Origin: an uncultured Gemmatimonadales bacterium
GTDB taxonomy: Bacteria > Gemmatimonadota > Gemmatimonadetes > Longimicrobiales > Gaopeijiaceae
Reading direction: 5' to 3'
Length of the DNA: 64,000 nt
Assembly (NCBI GenBank): GCA_963809895.1
Contig: CAWELD010000003.1
Coordinates: 576,001-640,000, forward strand
Shown here: in pieces, positions 11,501 to 21,680 of the stretch
How positions within the stretch are numbered: position 1 is the stretch's first letter
How the letters are laid out: each line of letters starts with the position of its first letter
Notes under the pieces: model-generated
The model's input: the letters and a program-made list of their open reading frames with translations, nothing else
Told to the model about the DNA's origin: nothing
The model's database searches: none
Made by a program: the position numbers and the translations under genes

Positions 11501-12676
11501 AGAGCGCGACGGCGGCCGTGGGTGTGGGCGACACGATCTACTACGTGCTGACGGTGGCCAACGGAGGGCCAGACGCCGCGACCGGCGTGGTGCTGACGGA
11601 CAGCCTGCCGGCGGGCGTGACCTTCGCGTCGGCGACCAACGGCGGCACGCTGAGCGGCACGGCGGTGACCTGGAACAAGGGCGCGCTGGCCAGCGGGGCC
11701 GGCACGCTGGATACGGTGAAGGTGATCGCGTCCGCCGGGGGGACCCCGTCCAACGTGGCCCGGGTGAGCAGCCCGACGGCCGATCCGGACACGCTGGACC
11801 GCCGGGCCACCGCGTCGACCACCGTTACGGCCGCCGATCTGTCGGTCACCAAGACCGCATCGGCGGCCACCGTACCGGTGGGTGACACCATGGAGTACGA
11901 AGTCGTGCTCTCCAACGCGGGTCCCGATGCCGCGACCAGCGTGGTGCTGACCGACAGCCTGCCGGCGGACGTGACCTTCGTGTCGGCGACCAACGGCGGC
12001 ACGCTGAGCGGTACGGCGGTGACCTGGAACAAGGGCGACGCTGGCCAGCGGCTCGTCCACGACCGACACGGTGCGGGTCGTGCCGTCGGCGACGGGCTCC
12101 GTGACCAACGTGGCGCGCGTCAGCAGCAGTACGGCGGATCCCGATACGCTGGACTGGCGATCCACCACCACGACCACGGTGACGGGGGCGGACCTCTCCC
12201 TCATCAAGTCGGCCACGGCCTCGGTGGGCGTGGGTGGCACCATCGAGTACGTGCTCACCCTCACCAACAGCGGGCCCGACGACGCCCTGAACGTGGTCGT
12301 CACCGACAGTTTGCCGGCCTCGGTGACCTTCGTGTCCGCGACCAACGGCGGGACGTTGAGCGGCACCGCGGTGACCTGGAACAAGGGCACCGTCGCAAGC
12401 GGGGTCACCATCGAAGACACCGTCATGGTGACCGCCGGCTCCGCGGGCAGTCTCGAGAACATCGCCCGCGTCTCGACCACCACGGCGGATCCCGACTCCA
12501 CCGACCACCGGGCCACGGCCAGTACCTCGGTCGCCCTGCAGCAGGAATCACAGCAGGAGCAGGCTCCGCAGCCGGAGGCCCGGCTCCCCTCGCAGCCCTT
12601 CCCGGGATCCCCGGACCGGCCTGATGTGGTCCGTCCCGCCGAGCCTGCGCAGGCCGCTCGTCGCCCCTCCCGGTGA
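5541..12676 (+). CDS. Giant surface lipoprotein: Big_2 + 2 BACON-like + 17 DUF11 repeats (~2377 aa if two +1 frameshifts near 11385 and 12037 are corrected)
   Basis: Lipobox LVQAC; ATGA overlap with the upstream gene. The ADLSVTK...GDTxxYxxxVxNxGP...DSLP...NVARV repeat continues across ORFs 5541..11885, 11404..12624 and 12071..12676. Confidence 0.85.
6558..12535 (+). repeat. Intragenic tandem array of 17 ~351-bp DUF11-coding units
   Basis: Unit starts near 6558, 6915, 7269, 7620, 7971, 8322, 8673, 9024, 9375, 9726, 10077, 10428, 10779, 11130, 11482, 11833 and 12188. Units 13-15 are nearly identical at DNA level. Confidence 0.85.
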
Positions 12677-13335
12677 TCGCGGTGGAGCGGAGTGAGAAGG
12701 AGCGCCAGGACGGCGCGCCGCCGCCGCCGGAGGACTCGCCGTTCCCGCTGGTCTTCGGGGGAGAGGCGGCGCGACCTTCCCTGTGGCGCCGCATCATGGT
12801 GGCGCTGAGAGTCTGGCTTCGTCGCGAGCCCGCCTCACCGAGTGCCCAGGACGTGGCATCGCCGAGCGGTCCCGCGAAACGGCCGCGCCCCGAGCCCTCG
12901 CCCTCCCCGACATCGCCGCCGCCGCCCGCGCCCAGCCCATCCAGCGCGCCGCGTCTGGTGCCGCGCGCGGAGGCCGGCGACGGCGTGCGCCGCGCCACGC
13001 TCCAGCTGCTGCCGGGACGGTTGCAGCCCCTGGATCCGGATCAACTCGCGCAGGAGATCCGGTTCCTGCGCGCGGGGCCCGAGGCGACGGTGGTGACGCT
13101 CGGATGGGATGCGGAGGAGCCACCGTCGCACATCACGCTGGACCATCCGTCCATCCAGGCGCGCCATGCGCGCATGAGCTATCGCGGGGGGCAGTGGGCC
13201 ATCGAGAGCCTCAGTGAATGGGATCCCGTGCAGGTGAACGGGACGCCGCTGCCTCCGGGTGAAGAGCCTCGTGTGCTCTGGTCGGGCGACGAGGTGCGGA
13301 TCGGCGAGGTGACCTTCCGGTTCATGATGTCGTGA
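12673..13335 (+). CDS. FHA domain-containing protein
   Basis: GTGA overlap with upstream stop. Pro-rich linker, then C-terminal FHA pattern (TLGW...HPSIQARHARM...VQVNG...LWSGDEVRIG). Confidence 0.8.
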   Translation: MIAVERSEKERQDGAPPPPEDSPFPLVFGGEAARPSLWRRIMVALRVWLRREPASPSAQDVASPSGPAKRPRPEPSPSPTSPPPPAPSPSSAPRLVPRAEAGDGVRRATLQLLPGRLQPLDPDQLAQEIRFLRAGPEATVVTLGWDAEEPPSHITLDHPSIQARHARMSYRGGQWAIESLSEWDPVQVNGTPLPPGEEPRVLWSGDEVRIGEVTFRFMMS

Positions 13336-14228
13336 GCGACGCGCGCGGGGCCCTCGAGGTGGGACAGCGCACCGAAACGGGACCGCGCCCGGCGAACCAG
13401 GACGCGGTGCTCGTCGCGGAGCTCGGTGACGGATTGCTGGCAGTGGTGGCCGACGGCATGGGGGGGTTGGAGGCTGGCGAGGTGGCGAGCCGCACCGCCG
13501 TGGAGGCGTTCCGCGACGCCGTGGCCGCCGGCAGGCCGCTCCGGGCGGCGGTTCAGGACGCCAACCGCGCGGTCCTGGAGGTCGCGGGAGATTCCCGGGT
13601 GGGCACCACGCTGGTGGCGGCCTTCGTCAAAGACGGCCAGGCCCACGTCGTCCACGTAGGCGACAGCCGAGCCTACCACCTGGGTACGGTAGGGCTCACC
13701 CAGCTCACGCGGGACCACACCATGGCGGCGGAGGCCGCCCGGGCGGCGGGAGAGGCCGGGAGCCTGGCGGAGCGGGAGGTGGCAGCCTCGCGCTGGGGTG
13801 GCACGCTCACGCGGTCGCTGGGTGAGGGGCCGGACGTGCAGGTGGACGAGGTCGGCCCGGTCGGGCTCCGCCCCACAGAGATGATTCTCCTGACCAGTGA
13901 CGGAGTCCACGGCGTGCTGTCGGCCCGGGAGATGGAAGACATCCTGAACGCGGGTGGCGCACCGGCGGAGGTCGTGGACGCGCTGGTGACGACCGCGCTG
14001 GAGCGGGGCAGCAGCGACAATCTGTCCGCCGTCCTGATCGCGTCCGGCGAGGCGCGAGCGACGGCGCACGAGAGGCCCACGCGCAAGCGCACCCCCTGGG
14101 ATCCCGTTCGTCTCGTGGAGCTCTCGCACAACGAGGCCCGCAAGCGCGCGTGGGTCGGCCCGGGGATCCTCGTGTGGGTGGTGGTGGTAGCCGTAGTCCT
14201 GTTCGTCCTGCTCCTGCTCCTCGGATGA
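13332..14228 (+). CDS. PP2C-family Ser/Thr protein phosphatase with C-terminal TM helix
   Basis: RPANQD, VADGMGG, GTT, HVGDSRAY, LTRDH, LTSDGV, GSSDN motifs; hydrophobic C-terminus. Confidence 0.92.
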   Translation: MSDARGALEVGQRTETGPRPANQDAVLVAELGDGLLAVVADGMGGLEAGEVASRTAVEAFRDAVAAGRPLRAAVQDANRAVLEVAGDSRVGTTLVAAFVKDGQAHVVHVGDSRAYHLGTVGLTQLTRDHTMAAEAARAAGEAGSLAEREVAASRWGGTLTRSLGEGPDVQVDEVGPVGLRPTEMILLTSDGVHGVLSAREMEDILNAGGAPAEVVDALVTTALERGSSDNLSAVLIASGEARATAHERPTRKRTPWDPVRLVELSHNEARKRAWVGPGILVWVVVVAVVLFVLLLLLG

Positions 14229-14250
14229 GCGCTTGCCGCGCGGTGGGTCC

Positions 14251-17200
14251 ATGAAGGATCCGGGAAGTCTGAAACAGCTCCTCGCCGAGCTGGGCTCGGA
14301 GTACGAGCTCGTGCGCGAGCTCGGACGGGGGACCACGGCCATCGTCTACCTGGTCCGGGACCACGCCCTGGGTCGGGACGTGGCGCTCAAGGTGATCCGC
14401 TCCTCGTTCGGCCACGACGAGGAGGCGGTGGCCCGCCTGCAACGAGAGGCGCGGCTGGTGGCCCAGCTTCAGCACCCCAACATCGTGCGCCTCTACGGGA
14501 CCCGTCAGGCCGACGACGGCAGCCTGGTCCTGCTCATGGAGCACGTTCCCGGACGGAATCTCAAGGAGGTGCTGCGTGAGGAGGGCGCCCTCTCACCGCG
14601 GCGCACCGTGGGCTACCTGCGCGACGTGGCGTCGGCCCTGGCCTATGCCCATCGTCGGCGCATCGTGCACCGCGATGTGAAGCCCGAGAACATCTACGTG
14701 GACGACGAGGTGGGCACGGCTCGCCTGGCCGACTTCGGCGTGGCGCGCCCGTGGGATCGGGATACCCGGCTGACGCTCCCGGGCGAATCGCTGGGCACGC
14801 CGGCCTACATGTCTCCGGAACAGATCGACGACGAGGACGTGGACGGGCGGAGCGACGTCTACAGTCTCGGCCTGGTCGGATACGAGATGCTGTTGGGACA
14901 GCACCCCTGGGAGGGGGAGAACCTGTTCAGCGTCATCTACAAGCAGAAGAACGAGGTGCTCCCGCCGCTGTCCGAGCGTGTGCCCGGCGTGCCTCCGGGC
15001 CTGGCGCGCGTGCTCGAACGCGCTCTCCGGAAGGAGAAGGAAGGGCGCTGGGCGTCGGCCGAGGCCTTTCTGGCCGCGCTGGACGGTCTGGAAACGGGCG
15101 CCGAGCCCGACATGCTGGACGAAATGGAACCACTGGACCGTGCCTTTCTGGGATCGGCTGCGTCGTCCGGCGAAGAGCGGCGGGTGCCCGACCGGAGGGA
15201 GATCGAGGCGGCACTGCGGTCGGTGGAGGCCGAGACGGGGGACGAGGACGAGGTGTCCACCGGGGCGCCGGAGGCCACCGCTGCGGCGGATCACGCATCG
15301 GTGGACGCGTCGTGGGGCGGCTCGGCCGACGACGGCTGGGACGACGTGGCCCCGGGCTGGGAAGGGGAAGACGAGGAGGAAGGGGCCGCCGAGCCCGAAG
15401 CACCGGAGCCCACGGGACGCCGCGGCCTCGCCGGCACGCTGATCCTGATCCTGCTGGCCAGCGGGGTCGGGATCACCTGGTGGTGGAGCCGGGGATCGGA
15501 GACGCCGTCCGTCGAGACGTCCGAGGCCGTCCCGTCCTCGCCGCCGGCCTCGCCGGCGCAGGGTCCGACCGCGGCCGGGCCGCAAGGGAGTCCCGTGTTG
15601 TCGATGCCCGCCTACGTGCCGTCGGTGGGCCGGGCAGGGGAGGAGGTGCTCGTGGCGGTGGCGGTCAACGACTCGTCGGGGGCTCCGCTCCAGGGGCGCG
15701 ACGTGAGCTTCGAGGTCGTGGAGGGGGACGCCACCCTGTCGGCGGACCACGCCGCCACCGGGCCGGCCGGCGTGGCCCAGACCGAGGCTCGGCTTCCCGA
15801 GCAGCCCGGCCGCATCATCCTCCAGGCTTCGGCCGAAGGCGCGCTCGATCCCCTCCGTCTCTCGGTGGACGTGGTGCCCGGGCCTCCCGTCGATGCCGAG
15901 GCCTTCTACGGCACCGGTCAGCGCGCACTGGTCGGCGAGGACCTGCCGCAGGTGGTGGGAATCCGGATTCGTGACCAGTTCGGCAATCCCGTGCCCGACG
16001 AGGAGGTGAACTTCCGGGTCGTGTCGGGCGGCGGTCGCATCGGCCCGCCGCGCACCACGACGGACTCGGCCGGACGTGCCTATGCCCGTTGGACCCTGGG
16101 AGACCTGGTCGGGACGCAGCAGGCGCAGGCCGCGCTTCCCGCGGCCGCCGATCTGGTGGTGTCCCTGAGCGCCACCGCCCAGGCCCTGCCGGTGGACAGT
16201 ACGCCTGCGCAGCAGGAGGACCCGTCACAGGCGGAGGCCGCCTCGTCACCCGAGCAGGCGCCCGAAGCGCCCCCTCTGCGTGTGGTGTCGCGCTCCTACG
16301 CCGTGGGCGGAACCAGCGTCTGTCGTGTGACCGGGGGTGATGTCTCGTGTCGGGGCTCCAACGACCGGGGACAGCGGGACGGCGGACCCGACCAGGGGAT
16401 CGTGGCGCTGGCCGTGGGCGTGTCTCATGCCTGCTCGCTGGACGCCGACGGACGAGCGTTCTGCTGGGGAGCCAACGACAGTGGCCAGCTGGGGGACGGA
16501 ACTCGCAGCGATCGTGCGGAGGCGGTGGCGGTGGACACCGATGTCCGCTTCCGGACGCTGGCGGCCGGACTGTCCCACACCTGCGGCCTGGACGCCGCGG
16601 GCCGGCCGTGGTGTTGGGGGCGGAATCTGGGTGGACAGCTCGGCGACGGCACTCGGGACGATCACGCCGTCCCGCGGCCCGCCGGAGACGTGCAGCTGCG
16701 GACGCTGGTGGCTGGATGGAACCACACCTGCGGGCTGGACGTCGAAGGGCGGGCGTGGTGCTGGGGGCTCAACGCCGACGGGCAGCTCGGCGACGGCACC
16801 CGGGTGGACCGCCTGAGCCCGAAGCGGCTGCCGGGCTCGCCGGTGTTCGACGAACTCACCGCCGGCAGCACCCACACCTGCGGCCTCGTCCGTGGGCAGG
16901 TGTCGTGCTGGGGGGACGACGGCTTCGGGCAGCTGGGTGACGGCTCGACCACCGACAGCGATCGGCCGGTGCCGGTCCCGGGGCTTCCCGGGACGGTCGT
17001 GCGCGTCGTTGCCGGAGCGGTGCACACGTGTGCTCTGGTCGAGGACGGTGAGGCCTTCTGCTGGGGTCAGAACGCCCATGGCCAGCTCGGCTCCGGCACC
17101 ACCCGCAACGCCAGCAGCCCGGTGGCCGTGGCCGGCGGGCTCACCTTCCAGACCCTCCTGGCGGGCGGCGGCATGACCTGCGGGTTCGCCCAGGGCGGCG

Positions 17201-17289
17201 GTGAGTACTGCTGGGGGCTGAATCAGGCCGGACAGCTCGGCGACGGCACCCGTACGAACCGATTGCAGCCCACGCCGGTCGGCGGGTAG
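14251..17289 (+). CDS. Membrane Hanks-type Ser/Thr kinase with extracytoplasmic Ig-like (Big_1) and RCC1-repeat domains
   Basis: LGRGTTAIV, VALK, HRDVKPEN, DFG, GTPAYMSPE, SDVYSLG. TM helix GTLILILLASGVGITWWW. Repeated HTCG...CWGxNxxGQLGDG (RCC1). Confidence 0.92.
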   Translation: MKDPGSLKQLLAELGSEYELVRELGRGTTAIVYLVRDHALGRDVALKVIRSSFGHDEEAVARLQREARLVAQLQHPNIVRLYGTRQADDGSLVLLMEHVPGRNLKEVLREEGALSPRRTVGYLRDVASALAYAHRRRIVHRDVKPENIYVDDEVGTARLADFGVARPWDRDTRLTLPGESLGTPAYMSPEQIDDEDVDGRSDVYSLGLVGYEMLLGQHPWEGENLFSVIYKQKNEVLPPLSERVPGVPPGLARVLERALRKEKEGRWASAEAFLAALDGLETGAEPDMLDEMEPLDRAFLGSAASSGEERRVPDRREIEAALRSVEAETGDEDEVSTGAPEATAAADHASVDASWGGSADDGWDDVAPGWEGEDEEEGAAEPEAPEPTGRRGLAGTLILILLASGVGITWWWSRGSETPSVETSEAVPSSPPASPAQGPTAAGPQGSPVLSMPAYVPSVGRAGEEVLVAVAVNDSSGAPLQGRDVSFEVVEGDATLSADHAATGPAGVAQTEARLPEQPGRIILQASAEGALDPLRLSVDVVPGPPVDAEAFYGTGQRALVGEDLPQVVGIRIRDQFGNPVPDEEVNFRVVSGGGRIGPPRTTTDSAGRAYARWTLGDLVGTQQAQAALPAAADLVVSLSATAQALPVDSTPAQQEDPSQAEAASSPEQAPEAPPLRVVSRSYAVGGTSVCRVTGGDVSCRGSNDRGQRDGGPDQGIVALAVGVSHACSLDADGRAFCWGANDSGQLGDGTRSDRAEAVAVDTDVRFRTLAAGLSHTCGLDAAGRPWCWGRNLGGQLGDGTRDDHAVPRPAGDVQLRTLVAGWNHTCGLDVEGRAWCWGLNADGQLGDGTRVDRLSPKRLPGSPVFDELTAGSTHTCGLVRGQVSCWGDDGFGQLGDGSTTDSDRPVPVPGLPGTVVRVVAGAVHTCALVEDGEAFCWGQNAHGQLGSGTTRNASSPVAVAGGLTFQTLLAGGGMTCGFAQGGGEYCWGLNQAGQLGDGTRTNRLQPTPVGG

Positions 17290-17327
17290 ATCCGGCCTGC
17301 GAGGCCTACGCCCGACGCTCGGGCGAC

Positions 17328-17810
17328 TCAGTTCGCCGGCTGGATCACCTGGTCCTCGGCCCGGATCATGAAGGCGTTGCCCGTCGAAGGCAGAACCCGG
17401 GCGATCACCTCCACCGGCTCGCCGGCGGGCCAACTCGGCCCCTCGGTGACCTCGACCTCCAGCACCGGGCCGACCGACTCGGGCCGTTGCATGATGCGGG
17501 TGGACCAGATGGCACCTTCGTACACCAGGTAGAGCGCCTCGATCGCCAGACCGTTGGGGATGTCCCGGCCGTCGCTACGCACGAGCCTGAGGTGTGACAC
17601 CACCGAGCCGCGCTCCTGGGAATTCGGCGGGTCGGGCTCGCGTGTCAGCTGCGCCTCGAGGCGCAGGGACGCATCCCCGAGCCCGATGACCGTGGGCGTC
17701 GACTCCAACGTCTCCAGGGGCGGCACGGACAGGAGCGTGTAGGAGCAGCCGCTCAGGAGCAGGCCGGCCAGGAAGAGCCCCGCGGGGCGCGAGAAGCGTG
17801 GACGAGACAT
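17328..17810 (-). CDS. Hypothetical lipoprotein
   Basis: Signal peptide with lipobox LLSGC; typical coding composition. Confidence 0.7.
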   Translation of the reverse strand: MSRPRFSRPAGLFLAGLLLSGCSYTLLSVPPLETLESTPTVIGLGDASLRLEAQLTREPDPPNSQERGSVVSHLRLVRSDGRDIPNGLAIEALYLVYEGAIWSTRIMQRPESVGPVLEVEVTEGPSWPAGEPVEVIARVLPSTGNAFMIRAEDQVIQPAN

Positions 17811-17914
17811 GGGCATCCCAGACGGACGTGGATTCGAGGCGATGAGCGTTCGCGTACCTCATTCATACGCTCCGGCCGCCGGATCGTAACGTCGGGGGAC
17901 AACCGCGCGCGAGA

Positions 17915-20473
17915 TCAGCCCCGGCGCCGGGGGGTCCCGCGGAGCGGCTCGGCCGAGAGGGGATCCTCGGGCCAGGCGTGTTTGGGATAGCGCCCACGCA
18001 TGTCCTTGCGTACCTCGTGGTAGGCGTCACGCCAGAAGCTGGCCAGGTCGCGGGTCACCTGTACCGGCCGTCGTGCCGGTGACAGCAGCTTCATGAGCAG
18101 AGGCACCCGACCTCCGCCGATACGGGGGGTCTCGCTCAGGCCGAACACCTCCTGCAGGCGCACGGCCAGCGCCGGGGCTGTTGGATCGGAGTAGTCCAGG
18201 AGGATCCGGGAGCCGCTGGGGACCTCGATCCGCTCCGGGGCCAGGTGGTCGAGGCGCTGCCGATCCTTCCAGTCCAGTCTCGAGAGGAGTGCCTCGTCCA
18301 GGGCGAGCCGTCGCAGGTCGTCCAGGGAGCGCATGCCTGCCGCGAAGGGGGCGAGCCAACCGTCGAGGCCAGCCAGGAGCGCCTCGTCGGACACCTCGGG
18401 CCAACTCCCGGGCTCCAGGTGGTGCAGGAACGCGAGCCGATGACGGAGCTGCTCCACCTCGCGGGTCCAGGGCAGCACGCGCAGGCCACGCTCCCGGATG
18501 CCCTCCATGAGCGCCGCCGTCACGTCGCTCGGTGCGGGATCCGAGAGGGGGCCCTCCTCCAGGACCAGCGCTCCCAGGGAGCGTATCCAGCGCGCGCGCA
18601 CCCGCTCGGCACCGCTGTCCCAGAAGACCTCTTCTCGGGCCTGCACCTGGGCCGCGAAGTGCTCTTCCACGGCCTCGAGACTCAGGGGCGCCGCCTGGAA
18701 GATGCGGGCGTCGCGGCCCCGCCCTTCGACCGCCACGGCCACGAGCCAGTCCGCCCCGGCCAGGGGCTGGGGCTCGGCGAAGCGGGCTCCCCGGCCGTTG
18801 CGCAGGAGGAACCGGCCCCGCTCTCCCTCCCGACGCCGCCCGATACGGTCGGGGTAGGCCCAGGCAGCCAACACGCCGACCACGTCCTCGTCGCTGCCCC
18901 TCTCGCCACGCCGCTCCACACCCAGCATCCGGCTCCAGTGACGGGACTCGCGCAGCGCCCGGTGCAGACCGCGGCGGTCGACGCGTTGGCCCCGGACCGT
19001 CGCCGGGATGCGGGATCCGCCGGCGCCGGCGCGGCCCAGGGCTTCCACGCGCAGGCGCAGGTCGGCGTCCGGGGCCCGCCCCTCGGCCCGGAGGATGTCC
19101 CGCTCACCCAACAGCGCGGCCACGTGGCACGCCGTCGCGGCCCACCCGCGGTCTCTGGCCCGCAGGAGCATGTGCGCGAGGCGTGGATGGAGGCCCAGCT
19201 CCGCCATGGCCCGGCCATGGGCCGTGATGGAGCCCTGGGCGTCCAACGCGTCCAGCTCCCCCAGGAGCTCGCGGGCCTGAGCGAAGGATGCCGCGGGAGG
19301 TGGGTCCAGCCAGCGCAGATCGTCGGGCGCGCTTCCCCAGGCGGCCAACTCCAGCGCGAGAGGAGCCAGGTCGGCTTCAAGGATCTCCGGCGTCCTCCCG
19401 GGCACCAGGCCGCGCTCCTCGCCGGGCGTCCAGAGTCGGTAGCAGACCCCGGGCCCCGTCCGTCCCGCTCGTCCTCGCCGCTGGTCGGCGGAGTCTCTCG
19501 ACACGCGCACGGTCTCGAGTCGCGTCATGCCCGTGCCCGGGTCGAAGCGCGGAACGCGCATGAGGCCTGCGTCCACCACCACGCGCACGCCGTCGATGGT
19601 GAGGGAGCTCTCGGCGATGGCCGAGGACAGGACCACCTTGCGCCGCCCGTCGGGCGCCGGCCGCACCGCACGGTCCTGCGCCTCGGCCGACAGGCTCCCG
19701 TGAAGGCGGAGCACCTCCACACCCGCAGGCAGGCGGGCGGCCTCCAGGGCTTCCGCGGTACGTCGAATCTCCCGGGCTCCCGGCAGGAAGACCAACACGT
19801 CTCCGCTCTCCTCCTCGAGGGCGGCACGCACCCTGTCGGCGACCACCGGCTCGATCCAGCCCCGCACCGGCGCGTCCAGCCAGCGGGTTTCAACGGGATG
19901 GCGTCGGCCCCGGCTCTCCAACACGGGAGCGCCGTCGAGCAACGCAGCCACGGGCTCGGCATCCAGCGTCGCCGACATGACCATGAGCCGTAGGTCGGGA
20001 CGAAAGAGACGGCGCGCCTGCAGCGCCAGCGCCAGGCCCAGATCGGCGTGCAGGGAGCGCTCGTGGAATTCGTCGAAGATCACCAGACCGACGCCACGCA
20101 GCGCCGGGTCGCTCTGGAGCATGCGGGTGAGCACCCCTTCGGTCACGAGCTCCACCCGCGTCCGCGGGCCCACCCGCGTGTCCATGCGCACCCGGTATCC
20201 CACGGTGCCTCCGGGCTCGGTCTCGCCCACGAGACGGCTCATGTGCCAGGCCGCGGCGCGGGCGGCCAGGCGCCGCGGTTCCAGGACGAGGATGGTCTCG
20301 GATCCGAGCCACGGCTCCTCCAGCAGCGCCAGCGGCACCAGGGTCGTCTTGCCGGCGCCGGGGGGCGCGATCAGGACGGCGCGGCGATCCCGGGCCAACG
20401 CGTCGCGAATGTCACCCAGCGCCTCCCGAACGGGCAGGTCGGGGAGCGGCGGGACGGACGGCCTGCGGCTCAT
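17915..20473 (-). CDS. hrpB: ATP-dependent RNA helicase HrpB
   Basis: APPGAGKTT, DEFHER, MSATL, QRRGRAGR, and HrpB C-terminal LLSPARRPVQVTRDLASFW...RGRYPKHAWPEDP. Confidence 0.95.
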   Translation of the reverse strand: MSRRPSVPPLPDLPVREALGDIRDALARDRRAVLIAPPGAGKTTLVPLALLEEPWLGSETILVLEPRRLAARAAAWHMSRLVGETEPGGTVGYRVRMDTRVGPRTRVELVTEGVLTRMLQSDPALRGVGLVIFDEFHERSLHADLGLALALQARRLFRPDLRLMVMSATLDAEPVAALLDGAPVLESRGRRHPVETRWLDAPVRGWIEPVVADRVRAALEEESGDVLVFLPGAREIRRTAEALEAARLPAGVEVLRLHGSLSAEAQDRAVRPAPDGRRKVVLSSAIAESSLTIDGVRVVVDAGLMRVPRFDPGTGMTRLETVRVSRDSADQRRGRAGRTGPGVCYRLWTPGEERGLVPGRTPEILEADLAPLALELAAWGSAPDDLRWLDPPPAASFAQARELLGELDALDAQGSITAHGRAMAELGLHPRLAHMLLRARDRGWAATACHVAALLGERDILRAEGRAPDADLRLRVEALGRAGAGGSRIPATVRGQRVDRRGLHRALRESRHWSRMLGVERRGERGSDEDVVGVLAAWAYPDRIGRRREGERGRFLLRNGRGARFAEPQPLAGADWLVAVAVEGRGRDARIFQAAPLSLEAVEEHFAAQVQAREEVFWDSGAERVRARWIRSLGALVLEEGPLSDPAPSDVTAALMEGIRERGLRVLPWTREVEQLRHRLAFLHHLEPGSWPEVSDEALLAGLDGWLAPFAAGMRSLDDLRRLALDEALLSRLDWKDRQRLDHLAPERIEVPSGSRILLDYSDPTAPALAVRLQEVFGLSETPRIGGGRVPLLMKLLSPARRPVQVTRDLASFWRDAYHEVRKDMRGRYPKHAWPEDPLSAEPLRGTPRRRG

Positions 20474-20488
20474 CCGTCCGGTCGTCCG

Positions 20489-21550
20489 TCAGGCGTCACG
20501 GCGATCCGGACGGGGTAGCGCGCCGAGCGCCTCGCGCAGGCGCGCCGGATCGTCGCTGCTCACACCGATGCGGCGAACGAGCTTCCGGCGCCCGTACAGC
20601 CCGACGGCTTCCACAGGGGCGGCGAGCTCCACGAGGAACCACGGTCGACCCGGGAGGGCGAGGCACAGGTCCACGTCTCGCCGTGAGGAGCCCAGCGGCG
20701 CGTCGCCCACGGCGGTCACCGCCTCCCGGGGGACCCGTACCGTCCAGCGGAGGCCCAGTCGGAGCAGCAGCTCGTCGGAGCTCAACAGCATCGGTCGAAG
20801 GCTCGCGGCTCGGGCGTCGCCGACCAGCCAGAGGATCGAGTAGGCGCTCAGCGCCGTGAGCGTCCACGCCAGCGTCGGGCTGAGCCCGCGGAGCATCACA
20901 TGGACGCCGGCTCCCTCGGCACAGATCACCAGGATCAGTGCTCCCACCAGAGCCGGATATCCGCTCCGGCGGTGGTATGTGAACGCGACCGCGTCGGGCC
21001 GGGTCTCCGGCGCCGCCCTCCAGGAAACGAAGGCGTAGCGGAGCAGCGCGAACTCGTAGGCCAGGGCGTCGGCCAGCCGTGAGGGGCCCAGCACCTGACG
21101 CGTGGCCTCTCGGATCGCCTGGAGGGTGTCTCCCGCGCCCGCCCCGGCGCGGCTGGCGTGGGCGATGCGCCGCACCCTCCTGACGACGAGCCAGAGCACG
21201 ACCAGCTCCGCCGGCGCGGCCAGCAGGCCGGCAGCGTCCAGCAGCTGGCGGCGCCCGCTGGGCAGGATGAACCCGGCCACGGCCACCGCCGCCACGAACA
21301 CCGGCAGGACCGTCGTGGCCGACCAGCCCCGGGGGCGGGCGACCAGCAGGTACCAGAGGGCGGGCACCACGACCGTGAGGTCCGTGGTCACCGCCGCGTC
21401 CAGCAGGGCCTGACGACCGGTGCCCGGCGCCACCGCCACCACCTGGGCGGCTACGGCGAAGACGCCGGCGCAGGCGGCCACGAACAGCAGCGCCAGGTGC
21501 CGGGCGCTGAGGGGCCGGCGCAGCAGGGAGGGCGGAAGCGAGCGGTTCAT
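20489..21550 (-). CDS. Hypothetical multi-pass membrane protein
   Basis: ORF 20489..21646 with about six hydrophobic helices. Start chosen at MNRSLPP; 21565 is an alternative. Confidence 0.65.
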   Translation of the reverse strand: MNRSLPPSLLRRPLSARHLALLFVAACAGVFAVAAQVVAVAPGTGRQALLDAAVTTDLTVVVPALWYLLVARPRGWSATTVLPVFVAAVAVAGFILPSGRRQLLDAAGLLAAPAELVVLWLVVRRVRRIAHASRAGAGAGDTLQAIREATRQVLGPSRLADALAYEFALLRYAFVSWRAAPETRPDAVAFTYHRRSGYPALVGALILVICAEGAGVHVMLRGLSPTLAWTLTALSAYSILWLVGDARAASLRPMLLSSDELLLRLGLRWTVRVPREAVTAVGDAPLGSSRRDVDLCLALPGRPWFLVELAAPVEAVGLYGRRKLVRRIGVSSDDPARLREALGALPRPDRRDA

Positions 21551-21680
21551 GGCGGAGGGGAGCATGGGATCGGCGAGGCTCGAAAGGAGGGTAGAGGACG
21601 CTGACAACAGGCGCCAGCCCTTGGACAGCCTCCGTCGGCGGGCCATTCTACTCCATCCCCACCAACCCGGAGGTCCGCCC

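Noticed and set aside
5793..12516. Long antisense ORF (1913 aa) and periodic ~114-aa minus-strand ORFs
   Set aside because: Shadows of the 351-bp DUF11 repeats in high-GC DNA; the plus-strand frame carries the recognisable domains.
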